Positions 16,226-24,162 of a DNA stretch of 64,000 bases are shown piece after piece. Under the pieces are notes generated by a model. The model was not told the origin of the DNA, searched no databases, and saw only the letters and a list, made by a program, of their open reading frames with translations. Origin of the DNA: Dehalococcoidia bacterium (GTDB lineage Bacteria; Chloroflexota; Dehalococcoidia; Lucifugimonadales; Australimonadaceae); the NCBI GenBank assembly GCA_965201135.1, contig OZ241751.1, positions 1,460,248-1,524,247 of the forward strand, given 5' to 3'. Made by a program: the position numbers and the translations under genes. Each line of letters begins with the position of its first letter. Position 1 is the first letter of the stretch.

Positions 16226-16347
16226 GGTTCCCGCTTTCGCGGGAATGACGGTGAGGGTGGGGAATGACGGGGCGCTTGCGCGCCCCGACTGCAGTACCCT
16301 CTCCCGCCGCGTTCGCGGCGTCCTCTCCCCTTATAGGGAGAGGGGGA
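16226..16347. repeat. A-B-C composite hairpin mosaic
   Basis: gttcccgctttcgcgggaatgacgg; gacggggcgcttgcgcgccccgac; gcagtaccctctcccgccgcgttcgcggcgtcctctccccttatagggagaggggg. Confidence 0.85.
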
Positions 16348-16378
16348 CAGGGCGGCGTTGCGTTGTGTCATTGATATG

Positions 16379-16407
16379 ACTATACGCTTAGGCGGCGCGA
16401 ATTGCAA
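16379..16407 (-). promoter_or_regulatory. near-consensus sigma70-type promoter (TTGCAA-N17-TATAGT) facing the terminase-like gene
   Basis: The minus strand reads ccaTTGCAAttcgcgccgcctaagcgTATAGTcat. The spacer is exactly 17 nt. A transcript would carry the A-B-C mosaic in a ~190-nt 5' UTR before the ATG at 16190. Confidence 0.45.
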
Positions 16408-16461
16408 TGGGGCGCTGTCATATTGGGGACGATTAGGGGGGGATTGAGGGCGAGGCGCCCA

Positions 16462-16533
16462 AGACGGGGCGCCGTGCGCCCGTCTCCCTATTCTCCCCGG
16501 GGCCTCGTCATTCCCGCGAAAGCGGGAACCTAC
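16462..16533. repeat. family B plus family A hairpins
   Basis: agacggggcgccgtgcgcccgtct and gtcattcccgcgaaagcgggaacctac. Confidence 0.8.
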
Positions 16534-16595
16534 TGGAGGGCCGCCCGCCTACGTGTAGCGGGAACCTACCCCATTCGCCCGACTATGGATACGGG

Positions 16596-16876
16596 ATTCC
16601 CGCCTACGCGGGAATGACGGTCGTGGGGCGCTATCGCGGCGAATGGATTCCCGCCTACGCGGGAATGACAGTCATGGGGCGCTATCGCGGCGAATGGATT
16701 CCCGCCTACGCGGGAATGACGGTCATGGGGCGCTATCGCGGCGAATGGGTTCCCGCCTACGCGGGAATGACGGTCATGGGGCGCTATCGCGGCGAATGGG
16801 TTCCCGCCTACGCGGGAATGACGGTCATGGGGCGCTATCGCGGCGAATGGATTCCCGCCTACGCGGGAATGACGGT
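16596..16876. repeat. tandem array: 5.5 copies of a 51-bp unit (24-bp family-A hairpin plus 27-bp linker)
   Basis: Hairpins start at 16596, 16647, 16698, 16749, 16800 and 16851, an exact 51-bp period. The unit is attcccgcctacgcgggaatgacggtcatggggcgctatcgcggcgaatgg, with 1-3 substitutions between copies. Confidence 0.95.
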
Positions 16877-16888
16877 AAGGGTAAGGAA

Positions 16889-16996
16889 TGACGGAACGCT
16901 ACGCGCCCCGTCTCCACTACTCCACCGGGGCCGCGTCATTCCCGCGAAAGCGGGAACCTACCCTCTGTCCCCGTCATTCCCGCGTAGGCGGGAATC
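16889..16996. repeat. family B plus two family-A hairpins
   Basis: gacggaacgctacgcgccccgtc; gtcattcccgcgaaagcgggaacc; gtcattcccgcgtaggcgggaatc. Confidence 0.8.
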
Positions 16997-17139
16997 TCGC
17001 CACCTGCGACAAAACGCCCCTTGCGCGGACGCCCCCTCTCTCCCTTACGATGGCTCCCGTCGCGCGCAGGCGGAGCGGACGAGAGGCAAGAGCGGCGCCT
17101 CCGCCAACCTCCTCTTCCCTAAAATCGCGCTCGTTCGCG

Positions 17140-17145
17140 TAGAAT
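17140..17145 (+). promoter_or_regulatory. candidate -10 box TAGAAT upstream of the MFS gene
   Basis: Sequence gcgTAGAATcgcggatagattATG; 12 nt separate the box from the ATG at 17158. Confidence 0.3.
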
Positions 17146-17157
17146 CGCGGATAGATT

Positions 17158-18411
17158 ATGCGAAGGGCTCCCTCAAAGAACGCCGCCGCCGGAAGGCTCC
17201 GACCCGAACTCATCATCATCGTCGGCGGGCTGGTCTCCGCCGCGCACGCCTCGATGATGATCGTGACCCCGGTGATGCCGGAGTTCATCCACCTCATCGG
17301 CGGAAGCGTCTTCACGCTCGGGCTCGCCTTCTCGTTCTACGGCGTCGGCAGGTTCATCACCAACATTCCGGCGGGCGCGCTCTCCGAAAAAGTCGGGCGC
17401 AAGTGGATCATCACCATCGGCGGACTCGGCGTCGCGGTGTTCGCCACGCTCAGCGGCGTCGCCGAGAATATCCCCACCTTCCTCGCGTTCCGCTTCTTCT
17501 GCGGCGTCGCCAGTTCTATGACCATCGTCATGGCGAATGTCGTGGCCGCCGATCTGAGCACCGTTGAGAACCGGGGCCGCGTGCTCGGCCTGATGCACGG
17601 CATGCAACTGGTGGTCGGCACGGGCAGCCCGGCGCTGGGGGGGCTCGTCGGCGAACTGTTCGGGGCGCGGGCGCCCTTCTACGTGTGCGGCGTCGCCGTG
17701 CTGCTGTTCGCGCTCTGGGGCATCGTCCGCCTCCCGGAGACGCGCCCGGCGCCCGGAAGCGAAGGCTCCGGCGAGCGCCCGCGGCATGGCAACTCCCCGC
17801 GGGGCGCCCTCTTCCTGCTGCGCGACGCCAGTTTCTTCATCGTCTGCGTAACCGGCTTCACGACGTTCTTCCTGCGCGGCGGCATGGCGACCACCCTGAT
17901 CCCCGAGTTCGCCTACGACGTCCTCGACCTCGGACCGGGCGCCATCGGTCTGCTCTTCACCTTCTCCTCGCTGCTGCACGGCTCGCTGATCTATCCGGCG
18001 GGCGCGATTGCGGACAAGCACGGGCGCAAGATCATCATCGTCCCGGCGGGGATCCTCGCCGGCGTCGCCATCGTCGCGCTGCCGTTCGCGGAGACGCTGA
18101 CTCCGTTCGTGGGCGCGTTCATTCTGCTGCACGTCGCGCAGGGATGGGGCGGGCAGGCGCCCGTCGCCTACGTCGCCGACCTCGCGCCGCCGGGGATGCG
18201 CGGCATGGCCATCGGCCTCTACCGGACGTTCGGCGACGCGGCGGGATTCATCGGCCCCGTGATCTCGACGAGCCTCGTCGCGTTCTCGTATCACGCGGCG
18301 TTCGGATTCAACGCGGCGATATGGACGCTCTCCATCGTCGCGTTCGCCTACGTCGCGGCGGAGACGGCGGGCAAGCGCCGCAAGCGCGGCCCCATCGCCG
18401 CCCCGGCGTAA
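17158..18411 (+). CDS. MFS transporter
   Basis: 417 aa with ~12 hydrophobic segments. MFS motif A-like GALSEKVGRKW, with a second copy GAIADKHGRK in the C-terminal half. Confidence 0.9.
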   Translation: MRRAPSKNAAAGRLRPELIIIVGGLVSAAHASMMIVTPVMPEFIHLIGGSVFTLGLAFSFYGVGRFITNIPAGALSEKVGRKWIITIGGLGVAVFATLSGVAENIPTFLAFRFFCGVASSMTIVMANVVAADLSTVENRGRVLGLMHGMQLVVGTGSPALGGLVGELFGARAPFYVCGVAVLLFALWGIVRLPETRPAPGSEGSGERPRHGNSPRGALFLLRDASFFIVCVTGFTTFFLRGGMATTLIPEFAYDVLDLGPGAIGLLFTFSSLLHGSLIYPAGAIADKHGRKIIIVPAGILAGVAIVALPFAETLTPFVGAFILLHVAQGWGGQAPVAYVADLAPPGMRGMAIGLYRTFGDAAGFIGPVISTSLVAFSYHAAFGFNAAIWTLSIVAFAYVAAETAGKRRKRGPIAAPA

Positions 18412-18680
18412 GGGGGGGCGGCGCCCAACGAATCTAGGGCCCCGATGAGGCGCCCGCCCAGATTGCCGCTGAATTCCCTAGCCGGGGGTTGCGCCCTGTC
18501 CAACCGCGCCGAGTCGTTCACGTCGCCTGTCCGGGGCATCGGCGGAGGCTCCTCGAACGCCTCCCCGCAGCCCGCGCCGCCAGCGTACGCTCCAGCCAAG
18601 CGTCCCACCCCGCGTCCCCGAGTCGCGCTCCCATCCGCGAGGCCCGTCAAGCGGCCTCCCATGGGGCCATCCCGCCGCCT

Positions 18681-20690
18681 TTACGCATTGCCGAACGTCG
18701 CTTCCCATAATTCGCCTTCGCCGGGGGTGAATTGTCCTGTCCTAATCCCGGCGATTGGGTAATCGGGCAGCGGAACGCGCGCCGCGCACATGCCGTCAAC
18801 GGAGGCGTCCCACCAAGCGAGGTGGAAATCCATGTTGTCAAAGCCATGCTCCTTGCGCCGTGCAGGCAAGTCGTCCGCCCGTTCGGGGAAAATGTGCAGG
18901 AAGAACCTCGGCTCGAGATCGGGGTCGCACCTCTCCTCTTTCACATAGACCAACGCTTCCTCGCCGATGTAGACGTCGTAGGCCCCGCGGGCGGCGGGCG
19001 TTCCTGAAGAGACGACGGAGTTGAGCCACGCGCGCTGAACGTCCGATGGATGCGCTCCTTTTTCGTAGAGGAACACGAATTCGTTTTCCGGCGTGGCGAG
19101 AGGAGACACGGCGTCGCGGGCATGAGGGATGAGCGCGAAGTCGTATCGAGCGGGCAATCCATCCTCTAAGTAGCGGATGCGGCTTCCCGCGAGAAGAAGG
19201 TATAACGCGCTGTGCTCTCCGTAGAGATCGAAATTCTTCCTCCTTGGATGAGCAATGAGCACGTTCTTCCCTTGAGTCGCTTTGCGAACGCTCGCCAGGT
19301 CGGAGAAGGCCGCTTCTCTGCGATCCGCCGTCCTTTCGTCAACACTCAACGCCATTAATTGGCCCGCGGAGAGCGCGAAAGCCGCCAGGGCAACGGCGGC
19401 GGCGACCGGCAGGAGGGGCGCGGCTCTCGACCGGCTCGCCCGCAAGAGAAGCAGGGTCACCAGCGTCAGCGGAACGCCGACGTAGAAGATCGCCATATAT
19501 TCGTGGGGCGGGTAGGAGACATAGTTGCGCGCCAGCAGCGCCCAAATGAAGCCGGACAGCGCGAGAGACGTCAGCAACATTCGGTTGCGGCGGCAACGCA
19601 ACAGCAAGGCTGCGCATAAGCCGGTCAGGAGAACGCCGACGGCTGCGTACAGGAGCGCTCGGCCGTCCGTGGACGCCCCCTCGACGGCTGGCCGCCGCGT
19701 CAGGGCGTAAGGGAGGGAGGCCGAGGCGATCCTCTGGAACTGCTGCGAAAGGAAGGGCGTCCACGCGGAGCCGCCGCCGGGAATCAACTCTTGCTCTCCG
19801 CCCAGTTTCCTCAGCATAGACTGGACGGATGGCAGTTCGGCGAAGGGCGTTTCGGCGTTCAGCGCTTGGCGCTCGCCGACGAAGTTGAACGCGAGCAGCG
19901 CGGCGCCGAACAACAAGGCGACGGCGCCCAGCAGCGAGTAGCGGCTTCTCAAGGCGGCCGCCGCGGCCCTCTTCGCCGTTTGACCGGAAGGAGCGGGGGC
20001 TCTCAATTGTTGGATGATTTCGCTTGCCAGACCCAAGACAACGAAAGGCGCCAGCAAAACATAGACTTTCCACCCTATGAGCAGAGCTACGCACGTTTTG
20101 ATCAATAGTTGCCGGAACCGCCCTTCTTGCGCGAAAATGACCATGCCGTGGAACGTCAGCATTACGGCGAACAAGTCCATCATAAACTCGACTGAAACCC
20201 AATTGCCGTAGCGCAGAATATAATACGATGAGAACGCGAACAACACGGCGGTTAGAGCGATCCATCCATTGGAGGCTATCCGCGCTATGGAGCGGTACGC
20301 CAAGAAAGCGGATAGCGCGAGAAACGCCAGCATCAGCATCCGCGCCGCGAAGACTTTCGCCAGCATGTTCTCGCCGAACGGGAGCGCGGCTAATTTAATC
20401 AACGCGAAGCCGCCGACGGGGAATCGGTTGTACGCCTCGTAGGAAGGCTCCCCGTTGTCGTCGAACGATTGGTATATGAACATTCCTGAGTAATTCCGCG
20501 GCGAGAGGTTCTCGGCGATGGCCATGTTCTTCACGGTCTCCCAATCGAGGGGCGCGTAGTAATGGGCGCGGTCGGCGTTGAGCAGAAGCGTCCACGCGAG
20601 CGCAAGCCCCAAAAGGAGCGGCGGCAAGCGAGTCGACGCGAGAACGCGCGCGGCGCGAGCAGGCGTCTTCGCGGCAAGAGCGTTGGTCAT
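18681..20690 (-). CDS. polytopic ArnT/PMT-like (GT-C) glycosyltransferase with an extracytoplasmic C-terminal domain
   Basis: 669 aa. Many TM helices over ~450 aa are followed by a soluble ~200 aa. The last ~100 aa are homologous to two repeats in the 60964-63282 protein. Several 60-nt lines are markedly AT-richer than the window average. Confidence 0.65.
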   Translation of the reverse strand: MTNALAAKTPARAARVLASTRLPPLLLGLALAWTLLLNADRAHYYAPLDWETVKNMAIAENLSPRNYSGMFIYQSFDDNGEPSYEAYNRFPVGGFALIKLAALPFGENMLAKVFAARMLMLAFLALSAFLAYRSIARIASNGWIALTAVLFAFSSYYILRYGNWVSVEFMMDLFAVMLTFHGMVIFAQEGRFRQLLIKTCVALLIGWKVYVLLAPFVVLGLASEIIQQLRAPAPSGQTAKRAAAAALRSRYSLLGAVALLFGAALLAFNFVGERQALNAETPFAELPSVQSMLRKLGGEQELIPGGGSAWTPFLSQQFQRIASASLPYALTRRPAVEGASTDGRALLYAAVGVLLTGLCAALLLRCRRNRMLLTSLALSGFIWALLARNYVSYPPHEYMAIFYVGVPLTLVTLLLLRASRSRAAPLLPVAAAVALAAFALSAGQLMALSVDERTADRREAAFSDLASVRKATQGKNVLIAHPRRKNFDLYGEHSALYLLLAGSRIRYLEDGLPARYDFALIPHARDAVSPLATPENEFVFLYEKGAHPSDVQRAWLNSVVSSGTPAARGAYDVYIGEEALVYVKEERCDPDLEPRFFLHIFPERADDLPARRKEHGFDNMDFHLAWWDASVDGMCAARVPLPDYPIAGIRTGQFTPGEGELWEATFGNA

Positions 20691-20796
20691 AATCCCGTCG
20701 CGCCCTCCTCGCAGCGCGGCGAGTTTATTCTACGCTACGCGCCCTCCTGCAGGCAGGCGGGATTGGGGGTAGGGATGATGGGGCGGACAGGGAGTA

Positions 20797-21075
20797 GGTT
20801 CCCGCCTACGCGGGAATGACGGTAAGAGGGAGAATGACGGCAAGGGGGCGCGGGCGCGGCGCCTGGGGGTAGGTTCCCGCTTTAGCGGGAATGACGCAGC
20901 GCCTGGGGATTAGGGGAGACGGGGCGCGTTGCGCCCCGTCCGCAGTACCCTCTCCCGCCGCTTTGCGGCGTCCTCTCCCCTCATAGGGAGAGGGGATTCG
21001 GCGCCCGCGTTGGCCGTCCGCGCCGTCCAGCGCGGCGTTGGGGGCGAGATTCCCCCCTGCGCGGGAATGACGGTC
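20797..21075. repeat. hairpin mosaic A, A-B-C-linker-A
   Basis: ggttcccgcctacgcgggaatgac; ggttcccgctttagcgggaatgac; gacggggcgcgttgcgccccgtc; cgcagtaccctctcccgccgctttgcggcgtcctctcccctcatagggagagggg; gattcccccctgcgcgggaatgacggtc. Confidence 0.85.
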
Positions 21076-21196
21076 ATTATGAGGTCGCGCCGGCATAGGT
21101 AGGTTCCCTCCTATTCCCATATGGCGAACGAGTACTCTTCCATTGACGCCCGGCGGAGTATATGGTTAGGGCGACAACTCCATAGGAGGAACGCCG

Positions 21197-21985
21197 ATGT
21201 CGCGCGAGATAGACGAGATCAAGCACGAGGTGGCCATGGCCACCCGCATCCTCTCCCATATGGGCCTCGCCACGGGCGTCACCGCCGCGCTGGGCCACGT
21301 GAGCATGCGCGTCCCCAACCAGCCCGACAAGTTCGTGGTCAAAGGCCGCGGCTACGCCATAGACGCCCTCGAGGAGATGCAGTACTACGACATGATCGTC
21401 TGCGACCTCGAGGGCTACAAGATCGACGGCCCCGCCCGCTCGACCCAGTGCTCCGAGGTCAAGATCCACTCCTGCATCTACAAAACGCGCCCCGACGTCC
21501 AGTCCGTCGTGCACGTCCACCCCCGCAACGTCGTGCTGATGACCGTGCTGGGCGAGCCGATCAAGCCGATGGCGCAGGAGGGCGCGCCGATGGTGCAGGC
21601 GCAGCCCCACGCCCTCTATCCCCACACCAAGACGGTGTGGAGCGACGAGGAGGGCATGGAACTCGCCAACACGCTCGGCTCCCGCAAGTTCGTGCTGATG
21701 CAAGGACACGGCGCGTCAATGACCGGCAAGTCCCCGGAGGACGCGGTCGTGAGCATGCTCCAATTGGAGGAGCAGGCGCGAATGAACTACTGGGCGCTCG
21801 TGGCGAAGGGCCCGGACCACCCCTTTATCCCCGACGCGCTCGTCAACGAAATCACCGACAGGCCGCCGCAAGACTCGCACCCCCACTTCAAGGAGTTGAT
21901 GCGCAGCATCGGAGGCAACCCCCCGCGCGACGGCGTGTGGAACTCCTACAAGAAGAAGGTGTCCGGCAATATGGTCGCCCCGTAG
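21197..21985 (+). CDS. class II aldolase/adducin-domain protein
   Basis: 262 aa. Contains ..ATRILSHMGL..GHVSMRV.. and the His cluster SVVHVHPRNVV typical of the zinc site. An aggagg Shine-Dalgarno lies upstream. Confidence 0.85.
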   Translation: MSREIDEIKHEVAMATRILSHMGLATGVTAALGHVSMRVPNQPDKFVVKGRGYAIDALEEMQYYDMIVCDLEGYKIDGPARSTQCSEVKIHSCIYKTRPDVQSVVHVHPRNVVLMTVLGEPIKPMAQEGAPMVQAQPHALYPHTKTVWSDEEGMELANTLGSRKFVLMQGHGASMTGKSPEDAVVSMLQLEEQARMNYWALVAKGPDHPFIPDALVNEITDRPPQDSHPHFKELMRSIGGNPPRDGVWNSYKKKVSGNMVAP

Positions 21986-21987
21986 CC

Positions 21988-22911
21988 ATGGGAGACCTGC
22001 TGAAAGGCAAAGTCGCCGTCGTCACCGGCGCGGGGCGCGGCATCGGGCGGGCGCACGCAATCGCGCTCGCCGAGGAGGGCGCGAGCGTCGTCGTCAACGA
22101 CCTCGGCGTCGAGCGCGACGGCTCCGGGGGCGGACGCGCTCCCGCCGACGAGGCCGTCGCCTTCATCCGCGAGAACGGCGGCGAGGCCGTCGCCAACTAC
22201 GCCGATATCTCGGACTACGAGTCGGCGGGCGGTCTGATCCGCGCCGCGACGGACGCCTACGGGCGGCTGGACATCCTCGTCAACAACGCCGGCACGTTCC
22301 AATACCGCCTCTTCCACCAACTCACGGAGGCGGAGTGGGACGGGCTGATGGGCGTCCACCTGTTCGGAACGTTCAACACGTGCCATCACGCCGTCCCCCT
22401 GATGATGGCGCAGCGCTGGGGGCGCGTCATCAACACCGCGTCCAGCCAGTGGCGCAACCCGGAGGGGCGCGCGAACTACGGCGCGGCGAAGGGCGCGGTC
22501 GTCTCGCTCACGTGGGGCCTCGCCTTCGAGTTGCGGAACCACGGGATCACGGCGAACGCGATAGCGCCGATGGCCGCGACGCGCAGTTTCGGCGACGATA
22601 CCTACCGCAATATGCTGGCGGAGGCGGGGCTCGACCGCAAGAAGAATCCGGCGGAGCAGGGAGACAACCGCGCCGGCCCCGAGTTCGTCTCGCCGCTGGT
22701 GGTCTGGCTCGCGTCGGACCAAGCGGCGGACGTCAACGGCGTCGTCTTCCGCGCCGGGTCGGGAAAGATCGGGCGCTACAGCCATCCGACGGAGGCGCGG
22801 ACGCTCTACCGCGAGGCGGGGAACGGCGCGCCGTGGACGCTCGACGAACTCGACGCCGCGCTCCCGTCGTCCGTGATGGGCGGCGAGACGAAAGCGCCGT
22901 TCATCCCCTAG
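21988..22911 (+). CDS. short-chain dehydrogenase/reductase (SDR)
   Basis: Internal ATG at 21988, 3 nt after the aldolase stop. Motifs KVAVVTGAGRGIG, ILVNNAG and catalytic YGAAKGAV. Confidence 0.9.
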   Translation: MGDLLKGKVAVVTGAGRGIGRAHAIALAEEGASVVVNDLGVERDGSGGGRAPADEAVAFIRENGGEAVANYADISDYESAGGLIRAATDAYGRLDILVNNAGTFQYRLFHQLTEAEWDGLMGVHLFGTFNTCHHAVPLMMAQRWGRVINTASSQWRNPEGRANYGAAKGAVVSLTWGLAFELRNHGITANAIAPMAATRSFGDDTYRNMLAEAGLDRKKNPAEQGDNRAGPEFVSPLVVWLASDQAADVNGVVFRAGSGKIGRYSHPTEARTLYREAGNGAPWTLDELDAALPSSVMGGETKAPFIP

Positions 22912-23123
22912 CGGCGGAGAATGGACTGCAGCCTGCGCCTCAGGGAGATGCGGCGGCATCCTCAAAGCCGACCGCTCGATCTGCCTGCGCTGCGGACTAC
23001 GACGTCGCCGCGTTTCGGCAGACACTAGTCGGCGCCGTTGACGGCGACTACGCGGACTACATCGAAGCGACGTTCAGGCCCGGAGTTGCCGCAAGGCTAG
23101 GGCGGGGCGTCGCCCGCCGCTCC

Positions 23124-24044
23124 TCACGCGGGGCGGCGCGCGGTGGAGTCCGGCCCCATATAGACGCCGCGCTCCCACACGCGCTTGAGCGGGTCGGCCA
23201 CGTGCACGGCCATCTTGCCGATGCGCTCGATCTCGATCTCCGCCGTCTCCCCGTCCTGCAAAGGACCGAGCCCCTCGTGATTCGTGCCGCAACTGAGCAC
23301 GTCTCCTGACCGCAGCGTCATAATGCTGGAGGCGAACGCGATCAGTTCCGGAACGCGGTGCTCCATATCGTCCGTGTTGTAGTCGTGGCGCAGTTGGCCG
23401 TCGTTCCACAAACGGACGCGCAGATTGTTGGGGTCGGGAATCTCGTCGGCGGTGACGATGACCGGGCCGAGCGGCGCGAACGTGTCGAACGACTTGCCCA
23501 TCCAACTCCCGGCGCGCCACGTCCTGCGCCCCTCGCCCCGCGCCGACACGTCGATCAGCGCCGTATAGCCGAAAACGGCGTCGGCGTAGTTCTCCTCCCG
23601 CACGTCCTTCGCCGGCCCCTTGATGACCACCGCCAACTCCGCCTCGTGCTGAAACACCCACGGCTCGGTCGTCGCCGGCAGCGTCACCGTGTCGCCCGGG
23701 CCGATCACCGCGTCGGGGTTCTTGAGGAACATATTGATCGGGCGCGGCTCCCGCTCCGCGTGCTCCCAGTAGTTGCCGATGCAGCAGAGCATCTTGCCGG
23801 GCTTCGGATGCGGCGACAGCAGACGGAACTCGCCGTCCGGCAAGGTCGGCTCCCCGGCCGCGACGCGCTCGATGTCCTCCCGCGCTTCCTCGAAGTCGCG
23901 GATGATCGACGCCATCCGCGTCTCGTCCCCAAGCATCCACTTGAGGCCCAACGCGGGGGCGAGGTCCGCCACGCCCCCTTCGACGAGGACTCCCGTCCGC
24001 GTGTCCCACGGAAAGTTCAATTGCTTGTACAGGCACAGTTTCAT
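23124..24044 (-). CDS. fumarylacetoacetate hydrolase (FAH) family protein
   Basis: MKLCLYKQ.. start at 24044, preceded by ggaaggag. Contains ..CIGNYWEHA.., HEAELAVVIG-like QHEAELAVVIKG, and ..GDVLSCGTNHEG... The track start at 24062 is 6 codons further upstream. Confidence 0.85.
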   Translation of the reverse strand: MKLCLYKQLNFPWDTRTGVLVEGGVADLAPALGLKWMLGDETRMASIIRDFEEAREDIERVAAGEPTLPDGEFRLLSPHPKPGKMLCCIGNYWEHAEREPRPINMFLKNPDAVIGPGDTVTLPATTEPWVFQHEAELAVVIKGPAKDVREENYADAVFGYTALIDVSARGEGRRTWRAGSWMGKSFDTFAPLGPVIVTADEIPDPNNLRVRLWNDGQLRHDYNTDDMEHRVPELIAFASSIMTLRSGDVLSCGTNHEGLGPLQDGETAEIEIERIGKMAVHVADPLKRVWERGVYMGPDSTARRPA

Positions 24045-24090
24045 CGGCGGCTCCTTCCTCATCGGTCGAGGCTTGGAGATAGTGTACGCT

Positions 24091-24158
24091 CATTCGCGCC
24101 GCCCCCGCCCGATGACAGACACCCCCTTACGCGGTAGGCGGCGCGAATGCTAGCATTC
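24091..24158. promoter_or_regulatory. 13-bp perfect inverted repeat plus a 14-bp perfect palindrome in the divergent FAH/methyltransferase intergenic region
   Basis: cattcgcgccgcc (24091-24103) and ggcggcgcgaatg (24137-24149) are exact reverse complements. GAATGCTAGCATTC (24145-24158) is a perfect palindrome ending 4 nt before the ATG at 24163 and includes a -10-like TAGCAT. Confidence 0.5.
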
Positions 24159-24162
24159 CCCT

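Noticed and set aside
16596-16876. CRISPR-like look: a 24-bp palindromic repeat alternating with 27-bp 'spacers'.
   Set aside because: All spacers are the same sequence apart from 1-3 point differences, the repeat is the dispersed family-A hairpin, and no cas genes are present. It is a tandem duplication, not a CRISPR array.
16614-17567. 317-aa ORF encoding VMGRYRGEWIPAYAGMT x5, followed by an Arg-rich tail.
   Set aside because: It is the translation of the 51-bp tandem hairpin array, then an out-of-frame overlap with the MFS gene. It has no start context and no protein-like composition.
24087-24099. 13-nt identity (cgctcattcgcgc) between the left palindrome arm upstream of the MTase-Mrr gene and the inverted heptamer pair at 56223-56235. 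Also a 14-nt match (taggcggcgcgaat) between 24135-24148 and 16389-16402.
   Set aside because: These are suggestive of a shared operator or promoter module. But the matches are short and GC-rich in a GC-rich genome, and the flanks do not align. They could be chance and need a genome-wide statistical test.
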